A stretch of 63,022 nt of DNA, filler included, from Reticulomyxa filosa (GCA_000512085.1; 13 parts of 13 records of this genome joined end to end with filler, not necessarily neighbours in it), one strand, 5' to 3'. Positions 12,706 to 26,043 are shown, numbered from the whole stretch's first letter. The notes: generated by a model not told the origin, from the sequence alone. Translations and numbers: made by a program.

Positions 12706-13610
12706 CAGTAGGTTTCATAAAAAACTGAACACCTAAAATGCTACCTTATGAGATTATTGATTTTCTTCATGAAAAACAGATATTTAATCCTACTTTTTTA
12801 AAAATATCTACAAATGTTGTAGTTTTTACATTTTTTTTTCAGTGGACTTATAATTTTTTTTTTGCTGAAGTAAAATTTGTAATCTTTGAGACTGCCAAGC
12901 ATATTGATTCTTTTAGAAAAGATGTTGACGTTGAAATACTTATTAACGGTTCGAGCTTTAGATCTGCTGATCGAAAATTTGGTGTTAGTCTAGCATCAGT
13001 AATGAGATTGTAGAATCTGTATAAGAATAATGGCACTGCTGCCAGAAGGCTAGGATCTGGAAAATTCGAAAAGATTCCAGCCATCATACAACATAAAATT
13101 GTTAGGTGGTTGGTATCTGGCATGCGAAACAGCTAAGGAAGTGAAAAATATATTGGATGAAGATGATGAGATTCATGTTTCGTACGAAACTGTTACAAGG
13201 ACGATCAAGAAGAAAAAACCAAACTAGAAGAAAGACATATTATCGAAAGATTGAATTTGCAAATAGATACAAACATTGGATCTTGGATGATTGGAAAAAG
13301 GCTATTTTTTCAGATGAAACAAAGATTAATTTGTTTGAAAGTGATTATATTAAATATGCTTGGAAAAGGCCAGGTCAAGATTTGGTGGTGTAGCATTATG
13401 GTTTAGGCTTGCTTTGGTGCAAAAGATGTTGGGCAGGTATGCAAGACTGAAGGTGGAGTTAATTCTGAAATCTATAAAGAAATATTAAGTGATAAAATGC
13501 TAAACAGCATACAGTTAAAAGATGAAAAGGATTGTGGTTACAACAGTATAATGTCACCTGCCACAAAAGTCAAAATATATTGCAACATAAAGTCATTATA
13601 TTGATACATA
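12706..13610 (+). mobile_element. Tc1-like transposon, defective transposase
   Basis: TA|CAGTAGG terminus; HTH (SFRSADRKFGVSLASVMR), WKKAIFSDETKINLF, SIMV*ACF, NSEIYKEIL, WLQQYNVTCH; stops and frameshifts. Confidence 0.92.
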
Positions 13611-13646
13611 CAGTAGGTTGCAAAGAAAACTGAACGCCTAAAACAT
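13611..13646 (+). mobile_element. Second Tc1 terminus, inserted at a TA in or next to the first element
   Basis: TA|CAGTAGGTTGCAAAGAAAACTGAACGCCTAAAA, then contig end. Confidence 0.85.
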
Positions 13647-13749
13647 NNNNNNNNNNNNNNNNNNNNNNNNNNNNNNNNNNNNNNNNNNNNTTAATTAATT
13701 AANNNNNNNNNNNNNNNNNNNNNNNNNNNNNNNNNNNNNNNNNNNNTTG

Positions 13750-14143
13750 ATAATCATCTCTATATCTTCCAATAAGAATTGTACGATTGTGATTGTCTGT
13801 GAAATGAGTCTATTACTTGATATTATCACTATCGTTAGTCATTACTCCAAACACTCACAAATGTATGTTTATTTTTCCACCAAAAGGCAATAAAGTAATT
13901 TCATTGTTGTCTTTGTTATTATTGTTATCTGCCAGTTTTACTACTCAGTTTCCATCTAATTTAATATCACTTGGATAGTCACAGATAAACTTGTATTTGT
14001 TGTGTGTATGATAAGAATAACAAGCTCTTTCATCAAAATCTCTACGTGATGATTTCGTGTTTGTGTAGCACGCATTGAGATTGAAAAGGTGGATTGGGAG
14101 AATTCTCCAAACCTTGAAAAGGAGTTGTATTTTGATTAACCAT
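13750..14143 (-). pseudogene. Kelch-like beta-propeller family pseudogene (Reticulomyxa-type)
   Basis: MVNQNTTPFQ...FQSQCVLHKHEI*/RACYSYHT..YKFICDYPSDIKL.G.*VVKL.DNN..NEITLL.FGG..KHT..SVWSN...FTDNHN..I.IGR; multiple stops. Confidence 0.75.
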
Positions 14144-14243
14144 GTCACCAAAATCAGTATTTTTACTCACTTAAGAAAATTGTCAAAAGGAACAAATCTA
14201 AAAAATGCTTTATATTCACTTAAAAAAAAAGTTTTTATAAAAC

Positions 14244-14746
14244 TTATAATCCCCAAATTTGAATTTTACCTTCTTCAGAACCTGCTGTAATCGTGTTGCT
14301 ATTTTGAGAAACATCTGCGCATACCATAGAATAGTCATATCCTTCCAATGTTTGTATTTTCTTTGTTAATTCTACATCCAACAATTGAATTTTGTAACCA
14401 ATGGAACATACAATTGTTTGACCATCTGAAAAGTATTTTACTTCATTCACAGAGTACGAATGTTCTCTCAAAATTTTCCATTCTTTTCCTGTTTCAATAT
14501 TCCATATTCGAATTGTTTTATCGGACGAACAGGATATGATAAATCGTCCATCTGGAGAAAATGTTGCACGCATTATATGATCAGAATGTCCTTTAAATTG
14601 TTTCAATATTTTACCAGATTCCACCTCCCACAGACCAATTGTTTTATCAAGTGACGATGACACAATCATTTTACCGTCTGATGAAAATTGTGTATTCCAT
14701 ACACCTTTTGAATGTCCTGAGAATTGTTTTATTTCTATTCCAGAAT
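14244..14746 (-). CDS. WD40 repeat protein, C-terminal part
   Basis: Repeated GH...FS.DG..I.S.S.DKTI..W units. Confidence 0.92.
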
Positions 14747-14846
14747 NNNNNNNNNNNNNNNNNNNNNNNNNNNNNNNNNNNNNNNNNNNNTTAATTAATT
14801 AANNNNNNNNNNNNNNNNNNNNNNNNNNNNNNNNNNNNNNNNNNNN

Positions 14847-15007
14847 AATTATAAAGACTTAATAAAAAACCAAAATGATATTTAAAAACTACAAAATTCG
14901 TAGATATTTTTAAAAAAATTTTGATTAAATGTTGTTTTTTCATGTAGAAACACAATAATCTCTATAATGTGACATTTTATGTTTCAACTTTCTTTTTTAT
15001 CCTACTG
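14847..15007. mobile_element. Tc1 terminal inverted repeat
   Basis: Near-identical to 4575-4732; ends CCTACTG|TA. Confidence 0.85.
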
Positions 15008-15299
15008 TAGTTCTAACATTTTTTTTATTCGTTACTTGTTTACGTTTTATCGCTTTCGCAGCTCATGTGCTTGCTAAAACGATTTCAGTTTCACTTCTAT
15101 TGTCTAGATTTTCTGTATTTGTACCCGTTTCCACAAAAAAAAAATGAACTTTTGTTTAAATGAATTCTTTCAAACTTTTTTTTGGATGTGTTAAATATAT
15201 TTATTATTATTCTCAGTGTATAATGCATTATTTGCGTTGATTCGTCTATCTGTTTTTTTTTCTTTCTTTTTTTTAATGTTTTATGAACTTATGATATAT

Positions 15300-15872
15300 T
15301 ACCCAATATCTTCTTTTGTATTCCTTCAAACATATTTTCATCCATTTCTCTTCGTTTATATCCTTTTCGTTCACTTGTATCTTCTACTCCTTCGTCGCTG
15401 TATCCCCGCCCAATCACAATGCTGCATACTCCTCCAACAAATCTTGGCCATCCATATTGTTCATATCAAAGTCCGTGTCCTGTACCCATTATACATGCTT
15501 TGTTGTTTTCATGTTCACTTCGTACTGCTTCACACATTCATTTTGTAAGCAAACTGACTCAAATATTTTTTCCACAATCGAAAATTCTTAGTCTTCTCCT
15601 TCCAATGCGTTTGCCGCATGTTTGTTTACTTGTTTAATCAACGCATCTACGTCCACTTCTTCATCTTGAACCATTGTATTTATGATTATGTGCCACATGT
15701 TGAAGTACTGCCTATATTTTTTTTCTTGCTGGAACAAAAACCGTACCAAAGCAGTAATCTTTTGTATTACATTTAGTGCATCCTTTTCGCAACAGCAATC
15801 ACCTCTCAAAGTGAAATCAAATAGTTTCCAAGAGTCCCTATGGCATAATATGTAAATTTGAATGAACAACAT
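15300..15872 (-). pseudogene. Pseudogene of a lineage-specific family
   Basis: Continuous frame EGED*EFSIVEKIF...HV*WVQ...AAL*LGGD...KE*KIQ with TAA, TGA and TAG stops. Confidence 0.55.
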
Positions 15873-16283
15873 TACAAATGAAGAAGTAATTCCAGCTCAC
15901 AAAAACGAAAAGAATAAAAGAAGCAAACAAAAGTAAAAAAAAAGCAACGTTATAATTGACAGTGAAAAGTTCTTAAATTAATCAAATGAAAACTCGAATA
16001 CACTTAAGTCAACGCAAAAGAGGAATTGTTCGTTAGTTGTTACTTAATTGTAGCGTGATATGCTATTATTCTGGAAAGAAATACCGTGCTCACTCATAAT
16101 AAAAGCAAACATCTCAAAACCTTGACATATTGTTCCGAATGACAAAGGCTATAAGGACTGTTCCACTAGTAGAGCGTGTCCGCTTTTCTTTGAGTACCAC
16201 ACCAGCAAAAAAAAGTTCCACCAAAAAATTAGCTTGTGCTTGGATATTGCAATCAAATTTGTTCAAGCGCTCATTTAAAAAAA

Positions 16284-17545
16284 ATGTCAAATCTTCGCTT
16301 GCAAAAGCGTTTGGCTGCTTCAGTTTTGAAATGTGGTCGTCGAAAAGTATGGATTGACCCCAACGAAGTCGGAGAAATCCAAAGCCAAAGCACCCGTTAA
16401 GGAACATACAACCCATAACTTAACCTATTCCCTTTTTATAGAAGTATTTTACATATAATTTTTCATCTCTCACAGGCGCTGGTATTCGCAAATTGGTGCG
16501 TGATGGATTCATTATAAAGAAACCTCGAAAAATTCACAGTCACTACCGAGCTCGTCGTAGGGCATTGGAGAAAGCCAAAGGTCGTCACTTGGGGCTTGGT
16601 AAAAGAAAAGGTACTGCCAATGCTCGAAACCCCGTCAAACTTTTATGGATGAAACGTCAACGAGCAGTTCGACGATTGTTGCGACGCTACCGTGAATCAG
16701 GAAAAATTGAACGAAGAATGTATGAATATCTTACCTTTTCTTTGTTCCGAAAAACCGTTCCTGTGAGAGATTTACGTATGGTAAATTGATAGATAAAAAA
16801 ACAATACAAAAAATTTATTTCATAGGTATCATCGATTGTATTTAAAAGCCAAAGGTAACGCCTTCAAAAATCGTGCAAACTTAATTGAGTTAAGTCACTT
16901 GAAAATTATTTCCCTTTTTTGTGTGGAGAGACAGTAGAAAGGGGTTGTCAATTTTGAACTTGCTTAAAATAGAAATATTGATAATGAATTACAAGAACGA
17001 CGACGCAACGCTAATTTATTGGAGCAGTATAAAGCTCGTCGAGAAGTAGCTGTACGTCGCAAGCGTGAACGAGAAGCACAAAGAGAACAAGCGTTGAATG
17101 AACGCAAGAAATTAGCAGAAAAAGCAGAACAAATGGTGACTCAATCAAAACAACAGGCTCAAACTCAAAAACCTACACCTGAAGGAAAAGGAGCAAAAGA
17201 CGAAAAGAAGAAAGGCAAACAATCCGCACAACCAACTCAACCTGAAAAAAAAGATGGAAAGAAAGCAAAAGCCAAACAATCAGCACCAAAACCAGATACC
17301 AAGCCTACAGAAACCACTACGTCTAAACCACAACAAGGTATGCTTGTTTGAATTTTGTTCAATTCTGATGAACTAAAAATATTATATTAAAACTGAATAA
17401 TTCTTTCATTGGGAGATTATTTTATGAAAAGAGATTTCGTTATTTGAAATCGATGGCAAAAATATCGCAACATTGTTGTATGTTTTTGTGCATAGATGAT
17501 CAAAGTGGTGCGAAAAAACAAAAGAAAGGCGGAAAAAAACAGTAG
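16284..17545 (+). CDS. RPL19: 60S ribosomal protein eL19 with a long K/Q/P-rich C-terminal extension, 5 exons
   Basis: [28 protein letters not shown]; [16 protein letters not shown]; [11 protein letters not shown]; introns at 16396, 16720, 16889, 17338. Confidence 0.97.
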
Positions 17546-17846
17546 AGAACTGATCAAGAAAGATTGTGACATCTTTGTTTTTTCCAAAGTGGTTTTTTTG
17601 GTTGTTTTTAATTTTTTTTTGTATTATTTCGTAATCCACTACGGACAATTTCGTAAGGAAATGTTGTGAAATATCCAGTAATTTATATTTCTTTCATTAA
17701 TAAGCATTGGTCACTTCCTGTTACCTCTCAAGATTTTAGCTTAGTCAAGTGTTTATTGAAAAGTGCCTATGTCAACCAAACAGGAAACTTTTCGAACTTT
17801 TAAAAATTTCAAAAAAAAACCTTTCAATCGATCCTTTATCAAGAAA

Positions 17847-18591
17847 ATGGGTGGACAAACCTCAAAGCGCCCCGTTTTTGACGGCCCATATTATCTACAG
17901 GCGTTGGTATGTGTTACTCCTTGAAAATTTGAAATATTACAAAACTGGAGAAAAGAAACAGCAAAACTAAAAACAGCACTCATTACTATATCTTGAAGTC
18001 CAAGGCAACCCGACTGACCTAGGTTCCATTATTTTGCAAAAAACTCAAAAACAAGGCTTTCAAAATCAACAATTTATGTTCGAACTGGTTCAGGAATCTT
18101 ATTACAAGATAAAATGTATGCACAATGGAAAATATTTGGAAGTGGCTGACAACAGCACCAATAACGGTGCAGTTATACGCACATGGTAAAAAATAAACTG
18201 TGTACTTGTAGACGAACGGAAAAAAACACAAAAAAAACATAAAATAACAAAAAGTAATTTCACTGGAGCTGACAATCAATTATTTTCCATGTCACGTCCC
18301 CAGGACCAACTAAATGATTCATTTAGCATAGTAGGAAAACTCTCTAAAAAGCTATTCGACGTAGAGGGAGTAAGAAAAGACGAAGGAGCAAAAATTCAGC
18401 AGTGGGAGCCAACCAATGGTTTGAATCAAAGATTCAAGTTTATCCGAGCGGATGGGAAACCGTTAAGTTTTTTGCGTTATTTTTATTGACTATGGTTTTT
18501 AATGACAATTTTGGGATATAATAGATTTCAGCAAGATCCAAGTTCTCTTTTATCATCACTTAGTTCCGCAAAGCAACAATCAAAAATCTAA
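17847..18591 (+). CDS. Ricin-B (beta-trefoil) lectin-domain protein with N-myristoylation motif, 4 exons
   Basis: MGGQTSK start; three subrepeats (YLEVQG...NQQF; KYLEVA..STNNGA...NQLF; LFDVEG...GAKIQQW...NQRF). Confidence 0.8.
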
Positions 18592-19343
18592 AATTGTCAT
18601 TTTCCCTTTTATGATTCTTTTTTGGCGATTGAAATACTAAAGTGCGTTTTTTCTTATTTTGTCCTAATAAAAAAACTCTACGAATTGTGTCCTTGATATC
18701 TTTAACTACATTTTGATTGTTAAAGCGAGTTTCGTTATTTTTGTACAGGCAGAGTTATAACTCTTTCTCATCTGGAACACAAATTATTGATTATGTATCT
18801 TCTTGAGCTGGTTTAGCGTTTTTTTAAAAAACAATTGGCTCCAGCTCTTTTATTAGAAGTTATTTGTAAAATAAAAACAAAAAAATGAAGACACATTTAT
18901 TTACAATCAGCTGCAAAAAAAGGCTCCCCTAAAAATGAACCTAAAAAATGTAGTTGATCGTTTTTCATTGTTTTCTGCACTTTTAACAAGCAAATACATT
19001 TTTGGATTCTCTTGGATGGGTAGATATTATTAAAAAAGATTTGAAAAAATACATAAACTTGCAAATATTTATAGGGACCTTTTTTCCTGTCTATTATATT
19101 CACCGACTGCCAGTTGAACTTTTTATGATAAAAACACTCCGCTTAAAAAAAGTTCATCAAGAAACAATTACGGTGAGATTTTTGGATATCGGTTACGTCA
19201 CAAAAAGAAACAATTTTGATGACAAAATGAAAAAATTGCAACGACAAACAAATACACAACCAAAAAAAAACAACACAAGAAAGAAAAAAAAAGGATTAGA
19301 ACAACATCAACAATTCAATGAACTTCAATTACAAAAAGTTGAT

Positions 19344-22300
19344 TTATTTTTGTTTGACTCCAACCCGCAATTTTCTTTTGCCTTTTTGGCTAACGGCTAC
19401 AATACGATAAGTATTGGCAAGGGCGACCCCCAATCTGTGAAGTACCTCAGCATCGAATATGGTGTCTTTTCCGTACCCAGCGTCATTATATCCACAACCG
19501 AAATAGGGATTTGTCTCATTTAAATCCAGCCGAAATTTCAAAGTCATTCCAGAGACAACGGGCAATCCAATACCTGTACCAATTGGTTCATTGGAATGAC
19601 AGGCTTTTCCATCGAAAGCAATAGCAAAGAAATGATCATTTGGAGGAGGGAATTCACCAGATTTCAACGAAGGTAATTCCTCAGGTGGGATGATACCAAT
19701 CCACCAATGTCCAACAGATTCAGTCATCTGGACTTTAATATAAAATTCTACTGCGTTCATCTCTGTTGTAATCTATCGTAATGTTTTTAAAGAACTTTTA
19801 TCAAATTAGGAAGAGGAAAAAAAAAGGAGTCAAAACAGTAGCATCAGCCACTACCACAGCGGCTCCACCAATGAAAGCGATACCATCTTCGGAAAAAGCA
19901 ATTGTGGTTGGACTGAATTGTTTGGTTAGTTTTTTATCCCATTCCATTCTTGTAATCTCTCGTGGTAATTTTAGATTTGATTTACGCAGAAGAGATGAGG
20001 AGGCTGACGCCGAAGAAGTGGCAGAGACGGCAGCAGGTAAATATTCTTCATTTGCAGCTACAGCGCTTGCATCTTTGTCAATTTGATTCTTGACGATAGA
20101 CGCTATTGCCATTGTGTCATTGTCATTATTCGAATTTGCAGTTGATAGTATTTGGATTTGATTTTGATTTTGATTTTGATTTTGAGTTTCCATGTTTGTG
20201 TCCGTAGACATAAAATTGGGAACTGGCACGGCAATGTTCATACCTTTGATATTTAACGAAAGCGATTTTTTCGGTGACACATTTGTGATGGATGAAGTCT
20301 GGCTTTGTGTTTGAAAGTCTATGTTTGGATCGCCCACCTTAGGGGGCATGTTGTATCTGGGTCTGTCTCCATGGATTAGTGTTGATTTCTTGTCTCTACT
20401 CTCGTGATTCGAGCCACGATTACTGAAAGCAGGCTTTGCTTGTATTTGTGTCTGTGTCTGTGTCTGTGACTGTGCTTGTGCTTGTGCTTGTGACTGTGCT
20501 TGTGACTGTGGTTGAGATTGCTTTGCAGATGGACCAGTTTCAAATTTCAATCGACTCAAAGTGGATATTTGTGGCAATTCGAGACGAAATTCCGCCTTAG
20601 GAATCATAGTTTCATCCAGCATTTTGCTATATACTTGTTGAATTGTGTCAATTGCATCAATATATCTACCTTCCTCTGCTTTGGTATGTGCCTGTTTTGT
20701 GTTTGTGTATCAAAGATAACAGAAATGATTTGAGCGAAAGGTCGAGTTTGACTTTGTTGGAGGTCGTAACTTGCAACAGTGTGTGTGACAAATGACTGAG
20801 CAAGTGTTGAACTTGCGTGTCAAAGAGCTGCAAGGTGTTGTCAATGTCTTGGACGACAGCATCGACAATGAGAAAGGAAGAGCGTTTCCACTGTTCACAT
20901 TCTTTTTGTAGCAATTCGTAGCGATTTTCGACTTTTGCTTTCCATTCGCGCTGTTGTGTTTCCCATTGCGATTCATTGTCCGCATTGAACATCTGCATCT
21001 GCTCCCAAAGTAAATTGATTGTCCGTTCCAACTCTGTCATCTCTTGTGTCAACAACTCTCCCCCGTCGCTGTTTGACTTCTTTTGCGTGTTGGATATATC
21101 GTCATCGTCGTCAATATCGTCATCAGGTGTGTCCATGTTCTGTATCTTTTTCCTTTCTTTGCTATTTTTATCAGTCTTTTCTTCCGAATTTATCGAGCTG
21201 ATTGTTATCCTCAGTTGCGACTTGGATTGATTGAAAGTGCTCGGATTTGATCCTGTCTTTTTCAACGGTCCTTTGTTTTTTTGATTGATTGGAGAAAACT
21301 CCTCGTCCTCGTCGTTTTTGCTCCATTTTGTCATTTGTTTTTGCACTTGTTTTTGTTTTGCTGTTTGCTTTGGCTTTGGTTTTGACTTTTGTATTTGTTT
21401 TTGTTTTTGTTTTTTGGTCGCTTTTTGTATTGGTGTGTTTTCTTCATCTTCCTCTTTGTCATCGTCCGGTTCATTGATATCACTGGCTGGTGACAAAATG
21501 GATCGCAATTTGTTTTTCATTTCTATTTCACTTTCGTCTTGTTCTTCATTGTCAAAATCTTTCGAGGTTACGCTGGTTTCACTCACCGCTGGGGTTATTT
21601 CCTCCATTTGTCCTTTTCACATTTCATATGTCATTGCATATCAATCTATCTTCGAAACAACAAAAGAATATCATATGTTTTGTGTGGCATACTCGTGTCT
21701 CCGAGGAATGGATCGTATTCTTCACTGCTTTCGGCCATCTCCTCTTCTTCTTTCTCATCGTCAACATCATCATTATCATCATCATCATCATCATCATCAT
21801 TATGTCCTTCTTCTTCTTCGTCATCTTCCGTTGCTTGATTTGGAGTATTGTCGGTTAGATTTTGATCATCATTTTCAGGTGTCCTCATATCTTCATCCTC
21901 CTCCTCCTCTTGCTCGTCCTCTTCTTGCTCATCTTCGTCCCTATTCTTGGCCTTTGTCGCGACGGAAGCAGTGAAAGTCAAAGACTTGTGTGCCATTTTG
22001 GCATTAGAGCTGGCCTTGACATTTCGACTCGAGTCCGGATGCAGATATTGCGCTTGCACTTGTTTTTTGGGGTCTTGTTTTGTGTTTGCATTGATCGAAA
22101 GCGCATTTGACGCTTTAGGAAATTGGAAGGACTTCAAATGAGCGTAGTCTTTGTCGTCCTCATCGTCGTGCTTATTAAAAAGAGAGTCTTCCTTTTTGAT
22201 TCCATTGATTGGCTTTTGCGTCATTGCATTATTGACAAGGGCTTGTGTTTTCATTGAGTCGTGGCCAGGGATCATCGCACTCGCATTGGAATTGGGCTTG

Positions 22301-23538
22301 GTCACGATCAAATTCGTAGTGGTGGCAAGTCCATTACTCACAATGATCATTCTATTGGAGTCGTTGGCCTGTCTTTGTAACGACTCACAATAAACATCAA
22401 AACTCACTTTCACAATTTTTTCATGACACAGTCCTCGAATGCAATGATACATCAATTGCACTTTCCCTTCCCCGTCGCTCCCGCCTTTTAGTATGTTCAT
22501 CATCTTTTGTGTTAGCATCCCATGCCATAGCACCTTCTTCTGTTGTCCACTGCTATCTTGTCCCAATGGCAGATACGGCGTGTTCAGGTCCGTCACGTAC
22601 ACCAAGTCCGGCAAATGTTTTGGTCTGTTCCGATTTTTTGTATACATATATTTCAAAACTTGTTTCAAATACAATACTCAACTTAATCTGTGGGGAGGCC
22701 GAGTTAAACCATCGATGAATTTCGTCGGTTGATTTTTTCTTTTCTTTTGTGTCATACCAATTCAAAGAGGGAAACAAACATGATTTGAGAATTTATATGT
22801 AAAATATATTTATTTATATTTATATATTTATACATATACAAATAAACGAGTACCATTGTTCATAAGCTCTTGATGGAGTTGTGGTGCAGCTCGAGCAAAT
22901 ACAGAGACAAATACAAGTTTGCGTGCCCAAAAGAACAAATCCTTTGCTCCTTCTTTGCCTTCAATCATTATTGAAAATAGCTCGCTTTTTTGTTTGGTTG
23001 TTATCACGCTTTCTTTTTAATTACAAAAAAAAAAAAATGAACACTACAAATAACAACAAAAAAAAACTGTGCTGTGTTTTGAATTTCCGAGTCTTGTGTC
23101 CATCCAAATGGTAAAGCGATCACAACAATGTCCGCCTCGGACCAACATACTTTTTGCAATAGTTTCTTATCCTCTGCTTTTTTTGTTCGTATATTGTTTA
23201 TAAAATTCATGGGCACCACTGACCATTCTACCGTTGCCACAAATATTGTTTCATTTCGAAATGATTGAACATATGTAAATTGAGGCTTGTTCTGTTTTTT
23301 ATTATTATTTTGTTTTGTTTTCGGTTTTCAATTTGCACTGTTTAATTTTTATTTTGGATAACCCAATCCGGTAAAATATTCTTTTTTTTTGTACTAGCAG
23401 ATTGGTTTGAAATTGCATCATTTCAGTCTTCATGCTATTTGTAGGAATACCACCCCAACTTTTCATCAAATTTTGCGTGATCCGCTCGTCTATTCCAATG
23501 ACACAAATTTTTACTGGCTCTTTCGATTTTGTCGTCAT
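19344..23538 (-). CDS. Large multi-exon protein: degenerate GTPase-like N-terminus, acidic/disordered and coiled-coil middle, SPRY/B30.2-like C-terminus
   Basis: Consecutive minus ORFs; VKICVIG...WSEADIVVI at the N-terminus; EFYIKV...WWIGI...G.TLKFRLDL at the C-terminus; domain calls tentative. Confidence 0.6.
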
Positions 23539-24100
23539 TTTATCTTTAATTCCTTTATTTTCCTTCAAAGCGCTAAATTTTGTAGATTTATTCCCAAAGT
23601 TACGCCGTTGGTTTTTTTCGCCCACTATGTGGGGGGACAGATAATTGGATAGATAACGCAAATACAAAAAACTCTACTGTTCTCTTCAATATTATTCAAA
23701 GAAAAATTGGACAGTCTCTAAAAGTTAGTTTTTGTCTGTTTCTGAAGAAATTTCTCTTTTAGCAATATAAAGAATTGCTACTTGATCACCGCAATTCATC
23801 ATTTTCCATAAGATCACTCTAAATTATCGATATGCGACTCTGTAAAATCAGATAGTTTTACTTCTTTCAATTATTTTTAACGTCTTAAAAGTTAGATTAA
23901 CAATAAAATAAAGACAAACTTGAAAATGCAGCATATCAGAATATGCTCTTACAGTATATTGCAAAAAAAACTGCAATACCTAAATGGCANNNNNNNNNNN
24001 NNNNNNNNNNNNNNNNNNNNNNNNNNNNNNNNNTTAATTAATTAANNNNNNNNNNNNNNNNNNNNNNNNNNNNNNNNNNNNNNNNNNNNAAAAAAAAAAA

Positions 24101-24133
<33 letters not shown>

Positions 24134-24229
24134 CAGTTTGTGAGAAGTTAGCGATATAACGAGTATCAACTTGAAATACTTTATTTTGCTATTTGGTTTT
24201 TTTTTTTTTGAATGCCATGTTTAAAAAAA

Positions 24230-24971
24230 CAAATATTGAGTCGTTTGGAAAAGAAATATTATCGTTGGAACAAGTAAAGCTACCGGCATATGAAGGCTCT
24301 ATCCCTCGTGTACTGATTGAACTGAAGAAAAGGTTGAACCAATGTGACGGGTTTCAAAAAGTTTTGTTTTTTTGTTGGTTGATTTGTAATTGAAAAAGGG
24401 GTCTTATGCTTCTCAATTTTATTTATTTATTATTATTTTTTTTATAAATGTACACAAAAAGAAACATATATTCCACTCGACCATGAAAAATGACGGAAGT
24501 CAAGCTGCAATCATTGGACTGCTACTCAAACAATGGTTTATGCAATTACCGAATCCGTTCCTGTCTTGCGTGGAAATCAAAATTATTGATATGGCCACAA
24601 GCGTCGAATTGATGCCTACTGTCAGCGCTAAATTTCCTGAACCCCACAAATCCGTTTTATTATGGTTGTGGGATCTACTTGCTGACGTTTTGCTCATTGC
24701 ATCTTTTTTTTTGTTTGTGTTGCATCACTCTATCTTTTCCGTCGTTGAGTGACTCTATATTTTCATTTTGCGATACTAGGTGGTCGAATTGAGGCAATTC
24801 AACGAAATGACGACACAACATCTGGCCCAAGGGTTTGGCCCTTTGATGACTCATCTGACAGAACGAGATGTCAAAGGACCCAGAGCCACGAAAAATGCCA
24901 TGTTCGCCAGTCGTGTTATCACCTTTTTTAAAAGGGGAATTGAATGGAGGCTGTCATTAAGAGAACTTTAG
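24230..24971 (+). CDS. RhoGAP-domain protein, 3' part; arginine finger apparently absent
   Basis: FG..I...IPRVL..L...L...DG; LLKQWFMQLP.P; PEPHKSVLLWLWDLL; NEMT..HLA..FGP. Confidence 0.8.
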
Positions 24972-26043
24972 TCTTGTTTTGATTTTCTTTTTGGGTGCGA
25001 TTAATCATATGTAAGTGTACAGTGCTTTTTTTCTTGTTTGTCCTGTTTTCTCAATTCAATACAATTAACAAGGTCTTGTTTTGTTTTTGTTATGAACATT
25101 GGTGTTGTCATGTATATAACGATATTTCCCTCAAATGGCAATTCTTGCAAAGCAAGAACAATTAGAATGGAATGTGAAATTAGGGGTAATATAATTGGAT
25201 CACGTTTTAAATACTGAACATGGTGATAAACAAATACACAAACCAAAAGGATTATTTTGTTTGAACTAAGAACTGGTCAGAGCCTTTTTTATTTAAAAAA
25301 TTTTGTGACTACAGAGTCATGTTTCGCTAAAGATGGATATTACAACTGAGCCAATGTGAGTAAATTGAACAATTTATTTGTTTCAATCGCAAGAAAGTTG
25401 ACAACAATTCTATTGAAATAGACAAAGACATTGATTTATCACATATTGTCAGTGATAATTGCTTGAAGTAGTTTTTGAATGCCAGTCCTAATTTATGCAA
25501 TATTCAATCGCGCAATGATTGTATGTATGCTTAAACCAAATTTCACAGCGATTTATTGATAATCTGAAAATGATATGCCTACTAAGTCTTCAACAGAATT
25601 CTCAAAATATACATACATATCACATATTGTCAAAAAAAATATTTGCTTTGACAAAATCATTTTTGAGAATTAATCCTTTTTTTTATGTCAACATTCAATA
25701 ATAAAAGTTTTTCTTAGAATCAAATTTTATAAACTTATTTCTTTTAAGCATTAAAAAAAATGGTGTAGTTTTTAAAAAAATTCTACTAGTAAAATTTAAC
25801 TCTTTTTTTATTATTGTGAAGCTAAATTTTAGCGTTGCGATTTTATTTGATTTAAAATTTTTTATTTTTATTTTTGTTTTGAGATTAGTGTATCGATTCC
25901 GACTATTATTTTCATATTTGGAACAATAAGACTCAACTTAGTATTCATTTTTAATTTTTTTATAAATTTTATTATTAGCTTCATTATTTATACCTAAATT
26001 TTTTAAGTCAAAGCAAGCCAAATAATGATGCTATCTTTACCAA

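Noticed and set aside
15300-15600. In-frame stops suggesting stop-codon reassignment
   Set aside because: TAA, TAG and TGA all appear, similar pseudogenes also carry frameshifts, and intact genes end normally with all three stops.
21285-21974. His-rich and Ile-rich plus-strand ORFs
   Set aside because: Antisense of the acidic GAT/GAA tract in the minus-strand gene.
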